Below, piece by piece: positions 54,315 through 64,000 of a stretch of 64,000 bases of DNA. The first letter of the stretch is position 1; each line of letters opens with the position of its first letter. The notes beneath the pieces were generated by a model. That model did not search any database and had not been told where the DNA came from. It was given only the letters and a program-made list of their open reading frames with translations. Source of the DNA: Candidatus Thorarchaeota archaeon (GTDB taxonomy: Archaea > Asgardarchaeota > Thorarchaeia > Thorarchaeales > Thorarchaeaceae). Location of the stretch: assembly GCA_048882485.1 (NCBI GenBank), contig JBHLRP010000001.1, positions 64,001-128,000 on the forward strand. The letters are read 5' to 3'. The position numbers and the translations under genes are program-made.

Positions 54315-57095
54315 CTACTTCCAACGGCTAATCCTTTCAGAGCGAGGTCGAAATCCAGCTGAGAGCGAATGATTCCGAGCACGGAGTAGTACAATTCGGC
54401 CCTCCTTATTGCGAGTGTAAATCAAATCCATCTCACCGACGTACTTCTTCCATTGGGACGCAAAGGATTCAGCATATACCTTCTTGATTCCTAGGACAGT
54501 CGGAACGGCATGATAGTCCTGCCTAACAAAAGAGGTCCCTAACATTGATTTTCTTAGAAGAAGGTATCTAGGAGATCCGACTGGACCCAGTACTTCCCTG
54601 AGTGAACTAAGATATGTCGCTCTTTCTCTTCTTGTGCCACCTTCCACATGACAAAAAACTTCACCCTTCTTTCCTTCTTCCACTACAACTCTCATATCAT
54701 TAAATGAGGTTCTGACTATACCAACTTCGCAGAGGGTGGCTAGCACAGCTTTCCCGACTTGAGCAAGGCTAGATTTGATAGGGCCGTGCATGATAAACAG
54801 CCAGATCGCTTTCAGCGCTTTTGGAGCAAACCTGAGGATGAAGTAGAGAAATCCAAGAATCGGTAGAAATGATAGAAATGACAAGCCAAGGTTGCCAATC
54901 GGAAGGACCCAGGAGAATATTTGCCGAGCAGCAAAGAAGCCGAATAGGAACAGAACCTCCCAGGCTAGTGCTGAAATGGTATTCCTGAAAACAAAGCCCC
55001 GAGGGACTGGAAGTCGTGCTTTTTTAGCCTTCACTTCCTCTACAAGTCGGATTCCTTCTTCACCTCGCTTAAGGGAGGTCTCCCAGGCCAATTGTAGAGC
55101 TGTTCTATCCTTCGCCCTTGCTGTCATTGATGAGTTGATTTCCCGTACCTCGTCCTTATCAAAGGGCGGAACTCCAACCCCAAGGCGGCCGAACCCATTC
55201 TCTATAACTGATTCAACAAAGGATATTCCCAGAAACGCCTTAAAGCGTCTCTCCATAATGCGGTAGTCATTTCCTGCGCTCTCAGAGTCGAGATCCACAC
55301 AGACCAGGTGCCAGATATTGGATATCTTATCAGGCTGCTCTGGGTCAGTCCTGATAGCTCGTCCTCGCATTTGGTTGGACAACATATAGGATCCAACGAG
55401 ACTCGCTAGCACAAGTGAGTTGATTGATGGTGCATCCCATCCTTCTCCCAGGAGTGACTTTGTGCCTACAAGGACAGTTACCCCGCCCCTGGAGAAAAGC
55501 TCTGTTATGAGCTGTACTGCCTTTTGACTGTCTATGCCCTTGATAGTCACCATGGAGAATCTTGGGTCAGCAATGGGTTTGACTGAAACTGATTCGCGAA
55601 GGATTTCACAATCATCAGCACATTCAAGGAGGAGTTCAGTTGACTCAGTAGGAACAACTATCAAAGAACCACTAAGAACACCAAGTTTTATGTCACTAAG
55701 ATTCGATCGCCTAATCTCCTCAAAGATTGGCACCACACCAATCTTATCCAATTTCGGAAGGTCATGTTCACTCTTGGGGAGATAGGCTTTCCTTATGTAA
55801 TCCGTAAGGATGACCATGCGAAGGTTCTCACCAAGCGCCCTAAGTTCCATGGACACAATTGCTTGAACAGCATACAGCTTTGTGATGCTTCGTTTCAGAA
55901 CGGCATCCAGTTTCCGAGTACTACGCAGATTCACATCTCTTCGCTCAAGGGCATCAATTCGATAGAGTCTATCCCTTATTCTTTTCAGGACTGGAGACAA
56001 GTCCTTAGGGTCAACATCGGGGGGAAATAGCATCCCTTCGAGTAGAGTCTCCAGCCATTCCTTGTTGAACCAAGGAATTCCAAACTGTTCACCAGCAACG
56101 AGCTCGATTGCTTGCTTTGGTAGAATGACCTTGCGATGTTTCAGGTAGACAAGCATACTAGAAAAGAATGATGGGTCATCTAGAATTTCAATCACAAACG
56201 TTTCGGGATTGTTAAGCCAGGGGTGGTTCTTTACCTCTTTTAGGAACTCCTCATCTGACTCAAGGTCCTCAGCAAACTCATCAACTGCTTGCTTGAACTC
56301 CTTCAGCTTGTTTCCTTCAATAAGACTAGGATATGTAAAGAGAACGAGGTCTTGGTGAGGACAAAGATTCCCTTCCTGAACAAGCTCAGGCACAGAAACC
56401 TCCGCATCTATCGGGCCGCATAACTTCATGTATCGTTCCCACTCAAACATCGAAACATCATATGGCGGTGTTGCTGTCAGCGCCAGAACAGTGCTTTCCT
56501 TCAGTCCGTGCACAACTCTCGTCAGGCAACGCCACCAATTTGATCGGAGATGGTGGGCTTCGTCCAAGACAACTGTCTTGACCGATAACTCTTGTAGCAG
56601 TCTGGTTATGTTGTCCTCATTGAGTTCTTGTTCGTCATTCTCCGAGTCCTCATTATAGAATAGATCTTCATCCTCAGATTCGATTTCTTCAAGGTCGAGA
56701 TCATCGTCGTTTTCTAGGACTCCAGAGCATGCACTGTAGAGGCCTTGGTACGTTGAAACCGTCAGAAATCTCGGATGGTAGATATCAGTTGAAATCCAAT
56801 CCGGTGTTTCATTGCATTCAGGCATGAAAAAGTCCACAAGCCTTGAGACCCATTGGTCGCGGATTGCTAAGGTAGGAGCTAGGATAATCGATGGTTGGTT
56901 CAGCCTTCTCACAACTTCCAATCCGAGAAGCGTTTTTCCAGACCCTGGAGCCGCAACGACGTGTAGTCGGTTGTCGCCTAGGTATTCTTCAAGCTCACTC
57001 AAAACACGCGCTTGATATGGCCTCCAGGTATAGCGAAATTTCGTTTCTGGAGGAAATTCCTTCATTATCGGCAGGTCCTCACTCACCACGTTCAA
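54315..57095 (-). CDS. SF2 DEAD/DEAH (ResIII-like) helicase with a C-terminal TM hairpin
   Basis: WRPYQ, APGSGKT, DEAHH, LTATP, LGEGWD, QMRGRAIR; hydrophobic pair ~aa 705-760. Confidence 0.88.
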   Translation of the reverse strand: MNVVSEDLPIMKEFPPETKFRYTWRPYQARVLSELEEYLGDNRLHVVAAPGSGKTLLGLEVVRRLNQPSIILAPTLAIRDQWVSRLVDFFMPECNETPDWISTDIYHPRFLTVSTYQGLYSACSGVLENDDDLDLEEIESEDEDLFYNEDSENDEQELNEDNITRLLQELSVKTVVLDEAHHLRSNWWRCLTRVVHGLKESTVLALTATPPYDVSMFEWERYMKLCGPIDAEVSVPELVQEGNLCPHQDLVLFTYPSLIEGNKLKEFKQAVDEFAEDLESDEEFLKEVKNHPWLNNPETFVIEILDDPSFFSSMLVYLKHRKVILPKQAIELVAGEQFGIPWFNKEWLETLLEGMLFPPDVDPKDLSPVLKRIRDRLYRIDALERRDVNLRSTRKLDAVLKRSITKLYAVQAIVSMELRALGENLRMVILTDYIRKAYLPKSEHDLPKLDKIGVVPIFEEIRRSNLSDIKLGVLSGSLIVVPTESTELLLECADDCEILRESVSVKPIADPRFSMVTIKGIDSQKAVQLITELFSRGGVTVLVGTKSLLGEGWDAPSINSLVLASLVGSYMLSNQMRGRAIRTDPEQPDKISNIWHLVCVDLDSESAGNDYRIMERRFKAFLGISFVESVIENGFGRLGVGVPPFDKDEVREINSSMTARAKDRTALQLAWETSLKRGEEGIRLVEEVKAKKARLPVPRGFVFRNTISALAWEVLFLFGFFAARQIFSWVLPIGNLGLSFLSFLPILGFLYFILRFAPKALKAIWLFIMHGPIKSSLAQVGKAVLATLCEVGIVRTSFNDMRVVVEEGKKGEVFCHVEGGTRRERATYLSSLREVLGPVGSPRYLLLRKSMLGTSFVRQDYHAVPTVLGIKKVYAESFASQWKKYVGEMDLIYTRNKEGRIVLLRARNHSLSAGFRPRSERISRWK

Positions 57096-57140
57096 TTGTA
57101 GGCAATTCTCTTGCTATTAATCGATTTCGTGCGCCTATCC

Positions 57141-57671
57141 TCAGTTTGAGTTGTGTCTTTTCAAGGGATGAGGATGGGATTCCTTTCCGAGGACCATTCG
57201 TGCAAGCTTGAGGCCTGGTTCCACTATCAAATGTTGAAGAATCATCCGAATTCGGTCATTTCGCCTAGCACGTCGAGCAATTGGCGGAGATACATCGTAG
57301 TAGGCCCGAATTGCGATGCGGCCTATTAGTCGGCTAGAAAGCCATTCGTCTCGGAATTCTCTCAGAAGGTCGATTTTCGGATGAAGTGTGGTACCAATAA
57401 CAGCTGTAGCTATGAAGCACTCTGTTTCATGTTCTCTACAGTAAACCTCATCATCCTCCACTCTCTTCTTGTGCTTTTCACAGAGGAAAACAGGTGTTTG
57501 GCATACGACGCAATGCCCTACTGGATCTATCCCTTCTCTGAGGAGGATTCCACATCTGTCGCATGAAACATGTGTGATAGCATCAGATAGGTTGGCTCCA
57601 CAATTGGCACACTCCGCATCGCCTAGGTCATTTATAGCACTACAATAACGGCACTCAACTTTCTCTGGCAT
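57141..57671 (-). CDS. Zn-ribbon/Zn-finger protein with CFI-box-CTERM domain
   Basis: CRYC..CANC..CDRC..CVVC..CEKH..CREH, then CFIATA..HP..LREFRD..YY..SPPIA. Confidence 0.8.
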   Translation of the reverse strand: MPEKVECRYCSAINDLGDAECANCGANLSDAITHVSCDRCGILLREGIDPVGHCVVCQTPVFLCEKHKKRVEDDEVYCREHETECFIATAVIGTTLHPKIDLLREFRDEWLSSRLIGRIAIRAYYDVSPPIARRARRNDRIRMILQHLIVEPGLKLARMVLGKESHPHPLKRHNSN

Positions 57672-57877
57672 GCTTCGCTCCTCAGCTTGCATCCTCGTGA
57701 AGGAACCTTTCATTTGAACCTTCGAAATTGTCGATAAAAGGATTGCTTGAGGTGTTTAAATCAAGCGAAGCGAATTTATTAATGCAAATTCCCTTATATA
57801 AGACGCCACCACAGGACTTCTTCTGCCTTAGAAGACGCCAATTTTCTGTGGATTCGCGATGGTATTCGGGGATGTAG

Positions 57878-60800
57878 ATGCAGGAAAAAGGATTCGAGAG
57901 AGCGAGCCGTTGGGCAGATAGGATTCAGCTCTTCGCCCTTATTGCCGTACTTCTTATTGTGTCAGCAGCAGTCTGGCTCGCTTCCTATTTCCTGATTCAG
58001 CCCTTTGTGCAGGACAACCTTGTTCAGATGTTGATAGCTACATCAGTCAGCCTTGCACTTGCAGGATCCATTTTGGTATGGAGAAGAAGGGTGCTTTCAG
58101 GCACTATTCTTCTTTTCATGAGCGCAGGAGTCGTTGCTCTCTCGCTGGCTCTATTATGGCAATCAATGCAGGCTTCTATTCTCAGTCTTCATGGATTTCT
58201 ATTGGCATCGATTGTGATTTTGAATAGCTTGCGAAACAGGGAAGGAATCTCAAGTGAAACCTTTCGGAGAATCGGATGGGTGTTGGGTCCAGCAATCTTA
58301 CTGACCGGCCCACTTGCAATTGCGCTTTGGCTTTTGGAAATCACTTATGCTATCTACTTCATCTTAGCAGGATTCATTGGAGCTCTATCCGTCTACGCGA
58401 TTGCACTCCAATACTTGCAGAAGTATGCTCCATTGGGTGTACCTAATGTAATCATTGTTTCACTATCTCCATCTATGTTGACTGTTGACTTTCTGATCAA
58501 TTCCGCTACTCTGTCACCCATTCTATTGGTGTCCGGATTTCTAGTGACGCTGGGCGCAACACTACTCGTCACTTCCCAATGCGCCAGGCGTGTCCAATCA
58601 TGGGCAGGTAAAAGATGGGTTCGCAAATCGCAGAAGAAACGCAGAACCACTCTTCTTGAAGAGATTGGACTAGCAGCCGCCGTCGAAGAGGATGAGGAGG
58701 GTCCACCTGTTCCTGAAGAATGGATAATTGTTCCTGAGGACGCCAATACTCTGTCAGGGATTTCACTCATTCTTGTGGCCGCAGGCATTCCATCCATCTT
58801 CCTTTGGCTATCCGAGCCGAGTATATGGGGGACGGAAATTCATTTAGTTGGACCAATCGCATTCATCATTGGATTGCTGATCCTTGGACCATCTCCAGTT
58901 CTCTTCAGGTTGGGCGAGCGACTAACTAGAGATTCAGAATATATGGCTGTAAGAGCAATTGGTGTGGCAATAGTGTCTGTCGCTTCGGTTAGTGGCTTTC
59001 TTTGGACTCAGTACTATCTCTGGCCAGTGTTCATTTCATTCACCATTTCGGTTGTTTTGTTTGTCGCAGGAATGACAGGCCTATTTAGGTGGATACGAAG
59101 AATCTGGAGACGGATTTGGCTTTCAATAGTAGGTCGTCTTAGAAACCTCAAGGCATGGATTCTGCACAATATGCTCATTGCAGGGATTATTGCCGATCTA
59201 ACACTCTGCATCATTCTATTCAGCTACATCAACCCAATGCTGCAGTCATCGCCTGGATATCCGATTTCGATTCTAGGTGTACTTGCCGCTGTGTTTGCTG
59301 GAGTGGGGATTGTCGGTCTCTTAATCTTTCGAAGTCTGCCAAGCCGTCATCGCTATCTATCCATAGCGCTCCTCCTGTTTCTTGGTTCGTTGGCTTTGGT
59401 CACATTCTGGCAATTCTACTACTTTATGGCAGTTGATGTTTTGGATTCAGTATTCTATTCCTTACTCTGGTTCCTAGGTTCGATTGCTTTATTGAGGCTT
59501 GGATTCAATCGAATCCACACTGGATTAGCATATTTGCCCGGGGTACTTGCAGCATTATTCCTAACCTTGATGTTCGAAGACCCAATACAGTCGAACGAGC
59601 TCCCCATTCTGACGTTGCTGCTTGTTGCTATATTGCCTGGACCCATTCTCCATATCGAATACCGCAAAGCTGGAAGATGGATTTCAGATGCAGCAATAAG
59701 GGCTGGAAGAGCACTTGTGCTCGGAGTTCGCAGACTTGGAGCAGCCCTTCAACGTGCACTCATTTCCATAGGCCGATTCTTGCTGAAATTCATTCTCATA
59801 TCATGGGCCGTGTTTGTGCTTGCCGGACTAGCGTTCGTAGCTTGGCAATGGCTTGCGCCTTTCTACAGTTACGATCCACTACCGATAATTGGCTGGATTT
59901 CTTTGGCATTCTTCCTAGCTTATGCGCCTGCTATTGGACGGGCTGAAGAATCTCCTTCCTATCTCCTGCAAGTTTGCATATTGGGGGCCGCTCTGGGACT
60001 TGGAGTTCTTGTGTTCTTCTATACGGAAATACTGCATGCCGCAGTTCGTCTTCTTGCATCTGTATCCGCCACTTGCCTTGCGGTAACATTAGCCAAAAGC
60101 AAATTCTCTGAAACCATCAGAGTCTACTTCGTCCCAACAACCTGGCTCATGATACTTGCTCTGGTATGCTCATGGATATTCCTAGAAACCGTCATAAGTT
60201 TTGGAGAAATCCGGTCAGCTCTCCTAGCACTGGCTCTGTTTGGCTTCGGATTGCTGCCTCTAAGACTGATGGGCGGACCTCCTCGAATCGTCAATGCCCT
60301 CTATATCGCGCTCGCCGTTCCCTCCGCTACCATGTTGGCGCACTTATACTTTGCAAACTACGTTCTTAGTTTCATCCTTTTGCTTTTGGTGCCAATTCCC
60401 GTCGCCTATAGGCAATATTGGAGCGCAATTGTTTCAATTGGTACTGCTGCGCTGATGGCACTACGAGTTTTCCTAGCGTACATCGCAATCCATCTTGTAG
60501 CAGCTATTGCCCTGTTCTCAGTCATCATCGCTTCATTACTCGTTTATTACTTGGTGCCAATATTCTCCCTATATTCAGTGCCCATAGCACCGACCGCACT
60601 TACCTTCATCCTAGTCTGTATGTGCATCTGGCTTCCTGCTCTCCATCTTCGCAGATCTGAGAATCTGCGGCTCCATTCGATAGCACTCCTCATTCTTTGT
60701 GCAGTAGTCAGCCTTGACTTGATTGTGCTGCTTCAAATCACAGATCCAATTCTGAACATACTTGGCGCAGCTACTCTGTTTTCAGTTCTATTCTCAATAT

Positions 60801-63800
60801 CAACACCTCTGACCGTCCTCTTTAGGCAAAAGGCTCGATCTGCAGCATTCGCAATTAGTGCTGCATTGCTGCTAGGTCTTTATTTGGCATCATTCGACCC
60901 CATTTCCAAGGCGCTTTTAGCCGTATTTGGTCTTGGGCTCATTGCGACGCCAGTTCTCAGCAAAGCCAATAGAGTGCTTCTTGCCTATCCGGTTGTCACA
61001 GGTGCTTTGCTCGCTTTCCTGTTTTGGCACTTGTATTTGTATACACTCGACGCGACGCTTGTTATTGCTGGTTATGTGGCAGTTGAATCAATGCTTCTCT
61101 CAATACCTGAGCAGCTTCGGACCAAGGTGACATGGACTGTTTTTGCAGCCTCAACTGGAATTGCTATAGCACTAGTCTTGAGCCCATTCATGACTATCAA
61201 CTTGGTGCTTGCCGTGTTGGTGGCCCTTGAAATCCTCCGGTTCATGCCGAGTTTGATTATAGGTGAAAGGACCGGTATGCTCTTGGGCATCGCTCGTGCC
61301 GCATTGGTTGGCGTATCAGTTTATCTACTGATCATTTCATGGATACCTTTACCGAATCCAATTAGACAACCTTTGATGGAGTTAGGTCTCTCCAGTCTAG
61401 CTGCAACAATGATTCTCGCTATCTCAATGAAGAACTTCATTTCTTCGGAAAGATACGTAGGTCTTCAATCTATAGCTGTCTTCAACCTCTGCTTCGTGAT
61501 ATTCTCATCCCTCTGGGAAATCATGTCCGTCGATGTCCTATATTCTGCATACATGGCAGGAATCCCGCTTCTTGCATTCACTGGAGTTCTTTCTAAGGGA
61601 GATACATTCAAGCGAGAGAGCTGGATGACGTCCTGCCTTGTAGCAACTGCGATGGTTTCATTCAGCTGGTTTACGTACTATCGTTCAATCGAATCTCTGT
61701 GGCTATGTGTTTCAACAGCTGTCTTTCTATTGAGTGCTCTAAGGCTAACCGATCCCAAGGGACTTGAGGACCTCCCAGGAGTCACTAACATTGCGATTGC
61801 TACTATGATTATCATGCTAGAGGTAATTTGGATCTGGCATTCCATGCTGGTTTTCCTCTCTGACATGAATGTCGTTCTCGCAGGAGTAGGCTTACTTCTA
61901 ACTCCCGTGATTCTGATGCCTTTCAGAGGTGCGATATCATGGGATATGTTTCGAATTCTATGGAGTGCCGTCAGTGCTATAATAGCAATATCATTAGAGT
62001 CCCTCATAACCGGTTGGGACTTGTATAGCCTATCCCTGCCTACAGAGCCATACCTTGCCGCAGGCATCATTCTATCATCATTCTCAGCTCTATCCACACC
62101 CGCCTATCTCTTGATTGAGGGCAAATTGGGAATCACTGAAAACCATCTTAGCGCTCGATTTAGCTGGAGTCCCAGTCTTGCTGGATGGGCCGCGATTGGT
62201 GCACAAATAGGCTCAAATCTCCTTGGAGAAATGCGTTTCATGCTGACGGTGGGAGGACTTGGATTTGCACTAGCTCTGCTTATCCTCTATCTTATCACAC
62301 CTGCAAGGCCAAGGACGCTCTTCATAGCTGATATCATCATGTTGGCCTCAGCCGTCGCTGGAGGAGTATGGGTTTGGGCTGAGCCGATACTCGGGCCTGC
62401 AGAGTTGATTGCACTCTTTCTCTTCGTGTGGTATATGCTGAGTTTGCCATTGACCCTTGCAGCGACAATCACTTTCCTTGGATGGCTAGCGACAAAGGGT
62501 AAGCAACTAGCTGCTGCATTTTCTCGATTTCTATCTTGGGCAAAGGAAATCTTTAGGAATAATAAGGCTATGTTTGCGACTATTCTACCTGTCTTGATAG
62601 GGGGTTTTGTATTCTTGTGGATTTATGATCCCTTGGATACATCAGCCATTCTTGGACTGCCGCACAGGAATTTAGCTTTCTCGATCAGCATAAGTCTGGT
62701 GCTAGTAGGCCTGTTATATTGGTTTGAAGCAGCTGCGCTAGAGCCGCAAATCGGTGATGAGCTTCAGTCGCCATCTGCAATCCTCACTGGATCTGGCGTA
62801 TACAACCTCATACTTCTCATGTCCCTAACAGCAGAATCCTACGAACTTCTTGAGCTAATATTCAGTATATCTTTAGCTGCATCTCTTGGTTTGATAGCGA
62901 CTCTTGCACAAGTCAGTTCGTTTTCCCAGAAGGTATGGATGAGAAAGAATGTAGGATGTCTGGGGCTCTCGCTATTTTTAGCAGCATTGACAGGATTCAC
63001 CTCCATCACTGGCTTACTACCGATGCATGCACTAGTATATGCAATTCTTATTCTCCTTGTAGTAGAAACACCTGTGTTTTGGACACAAGTGAAGGCTTTC
63101 TTCGCTATCCTTAGTCGCTACGGTGCAGTCATTATCAGAGCCATTAAGAATCTTGGAAGCTTCCTGCTTAGAATCTTCAGAAGCTTCGGATATGTCATGT
63201 GGACTTTCTTTGCTTTGCTCTTTGTAGTTGTCATAGGAATACTGAGTAGGCCTCTCTTCAGCGAGCTTCTGAATATGCCGCCTACTGGACTATTCTATGA
63301 GGTTCCAGGTTTCTCTATACCGACTGCAATCATTGGGCTATTGATGCTTTTCATTGCAATCGTACGGCGTCGTGTCAGAACACGGTTCGGCATTCTAAGT
63401 GGACTTTATGCCGCATTCGGTGGAGGAATCACTGCAATTGTGTTTCTCTTTGATCATGGGTATCAAGTTCTATCCCTATTCTCCGCGATAATTGCAATAT
63501 GCGGAACTGGCCTCATCCTCAAGGGAGAGCTTCAGCTTGATTCAAGGCGCATAACCTTACTCTGGCTACCAATCCCACCAAGCTTATCGGCGTCACTGTT
63601 CTACTACATGCTACCAAGTTCCAGCACACTGGATTCATTTTTACTTGCGATATTACTATCATTCACTCCAGCATTCATGCTGTACCTACTCTCAACCACA
63701 GTGAATTGGATTCCGAAGGCTCAGAGAGAATTACTCTGGAGTCTATTAGCCGTCATGACCGGAATCATCGCATACCTCGGTTCATACATTTTGATCATAC

Positions 63801-64000
63801 CCCCATTTGACCAAGTCGCTGGGATTTATCTAGGAGTCTTTGTGGCTTCCGTAATCTTCTATCCAGTGACAGCGAGAAGTGCAAGGCAGCTGTTCTTATC
63901 CCCTCTCTTCTTTGCATTGACGGGATTTGCATATACGTTTGTCCTAGGTCCTGTATATAGAAGTCTGCTGCTAGCCACGGCCGCATTTCTCTTCTTTGTG
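57878..64000 (+). CDS. Giant polytopic membrane protein (>2041 aa, truncated by window)
   Basis: Not in ORF track (no stop). ATG 57878 gives MQEKGFERASRWADRIQLFALIAVLLIV...; same frame reads as hydrophobic coding at 60002, 61982 and the end (...LLLATAAFLFFV); CTTATATAAG TATA-like box at ~57793. Confidence 0.85.
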   Translation, partial: MQEKGFERASRWADRIQLFALIAVLLIVSAAVWLASYFLIQPFVQDNLVQMLIATSVSLALAGSILVWRRRVLSGTILLFMSAGVVALSLALLWQSMQASILSLHGFLLASIVILNSLRNREGISSETFRRIGWVLGPAILLTGPLAIALWLLEITYAIYFILAGFIGALSVYAIALQYLQKYAPLGVPNVIIVSLSPSMLTVDFLINSATLSPILLVSGFLVTLGATLLVTSQCARRVQSWAGKRWVRKSQKKRRTTLLEEIGLAAAVEEDEEGPPVPEEWIIVPEDANTLSGISLILVAAGIPSIFLWLSEPSIWGTEIHLVGPIAFIIGLLILGPSPVLFRLGERLTRDSEYMAVRAIGVAIVSVASVSGFLWTQYYLWPVFISFTISVVLFVAGMTGLFRWIRRIWRRIWLSIVGRLRNLKAWILHNMLIAGIIADLTLCIILFSYINPMLQSSPGYPISILGVLAAVFAGVGIVGLLIFRSLPSRHRYLSIALLLFLGSLALVTFWQFYYFMAVDVLDSVFYSLLWFLGSIALLRLGFNRIHTGLAYLPGVLAALFLTLMFEDPIQSNELPILTLLLVAILPGPILHIEYRKAGRWISDAAIRAGRALVLGVRRLGAALQRALISIGRFLLKFILISWAVFVLAGLAFVAWQWLAPFYSYDPLPIIGWISLAFFLAYAPAIGRAEESPSYLLQVCILGAALGLGVLVFFYTEILHAAVRLLASVSATCLAVTLAKSKFSETIRVYFVPTTWLMILALVCSWIFLETVISFGEIRSALLALALFGFGLLPLRLMGGPPRIVNALYIALAVPSATMLAHLYFANYVLSFILLLLVPIPVAYRQYWSAIVSIGTAALMALRVFLAYIAIHLVAAIALFSVIIASLLVYYLVPIFSLYSVPIAPTALTFILVCMCIWLPALHLRRSENLRLHSIALLILCAVVSLDLIVLLQITDPILNILGAATLFSVLFSISTPLTVLFRQKARSAAFAISAALLLGLYLASFDPISKALLAVFGLGLIATPVLSKANRVLLAYPVVTGALLAFLFWHLYLYTLDATLVIAGYVAVESMLLSIPEQLRTKVTWTVFAASTGIAIALVLSPFMTINLVLAVLVALEILRFMPSLIIGERTGMLLGIARAALVGVSVYLLIISWIPLPNPIRQPLMELGLSSLAATMILAISMKNFISSERYVGLQSIAVFNLCFVIFSSLWEIMSVDVLYSAYMAGIPLLAFTGVLSKGDTFKRESWMTSCLVATAMVSFSWFTYYRSIESLWLCVSTAVFLLSALRLTDPKGLEDLPGVTNIAIATMIIMLEVIWIWHSMLVFLSDMNVVLAGVGLLLTPVILMPFRGAISWDMFRILWSAVSAIIAISLESLITGWDLYSLSLPTEPYLAAGIILSSFSALSTPAYLLIEGKLGITENHLSARFSWSPSLAGWAAIGAQIGSNLLGEMRFMLTVGGLGFALALLILYLITPARPRTLFIADIIMLASAVAGGVWVWAEPILGPAELIALFLFVWYMLSLPLTLAATITFLGWLATKGKQLAAAFSRFLSWAKEIFRNNKAMFATILPVLIGGFVFLWIYDPLDTSAILGLPHRNLAFSISISLVLVGLLYWFEAAALEPQIGDELQSPSAILTGSGVYNLILLMSLTAESYELLELIFSISLAASLGLIATLAQVSSFSQKVWMRKNVGCLGLSLFLAALTGFTSITGLLPMHALVYAILILLVVETPVFWTQVKAFFAILSRYGAVIIRAIKNLGSFLLRIFRSFGYVMWTFFALLFVVVIGILSRPLFSELLNMPPTGLFYEVPGFSIPTAIIGLLMLFIAIVRRRVRTRFGILSGLYAAFGGGITAIVFLFDHGYQVLSLFSAIIAICGTGLILKGELQLDSRRITLLWLPIPPSLSASLFYYMLPSSSTLDSFLLAILLSFTPAFMLYLLSTTVNWIPKAQRELLWSLLAVMTGIIAYLGSYILIIPPFDQVAGIYLGVFVASVIFYPVTARSARQLFLSPLFFALTGFAYTFVLGPVYRSLLLATAAFLFFV

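Noticed and set aside
58393-63986. Short ORFs listed on both strands
   Set aside because: Shadow frames of the long + strand ORF starting at 57878
1-64000. Selenoprotein read-through or SECIS elements, transposases, integrases, rRNA
   Set aside because: No gene appears interrupted by an in-frame TGA at a Cys position, and no such signatures were recognised by eye

Overview
Gene-dense archaeal chromosomal window, most likely an Asgard archaeon of the Thorarchaeota type. Evidence: TFB genes, GGAGG/GGTGA Shine-Dalgarno sites, a Rab-like GTPase and ~92-aa Ig-like repeat surface proteins. The first 23 kb is a divergently arranged bioenergetic locus. Rightward, a FAD-linked oxidoreductase (GlcD/D-LDH fold) is fused in frame to complex I subunit NuoB. 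It is followed by nuoA-J-K-C-D-H-I-M-L-M-N, with no nuoEFG/fpoF, four antiporter-like subunits, an exact 26-aa duplication in the NuoL lateral helix ('2M'-type architecture) and a non-canonical NuoD active site. Leftward lie a CxxCH domain on an 11-Ig-repeat membrane-anchored stalk, a GlcF/HdrD-like CCG Fe-S protein, two PNPOx-like split-barrel proteins, and a paralogous CX5CH protein running into a His-bearing membrane domain (missed by the ORF track). The rest holds a Rab-like GTPase, an ADP-forming acyl-CoA synthetase alpha subunit with a 2-phosphoglycerate-kinase-like gene, SSB, a CheY-like receiver, a giant FG-GAP/7TM surface protein, CoADR/Nox, macrodomain and Nudix genes, tandem TFBs, a Feo operon with split FeoB and a DtxR/MntR-like box, LarA, CysRS, proteases, a degenerate histidine kinase, an SF2 helicase, and a >2040-aa polytopic membrane protein running off the right end (also missed by the ORF track). 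No tRNA, rRNA, CRISPR array or mobile element was recognised. All calls come from motif reading, not database searches.
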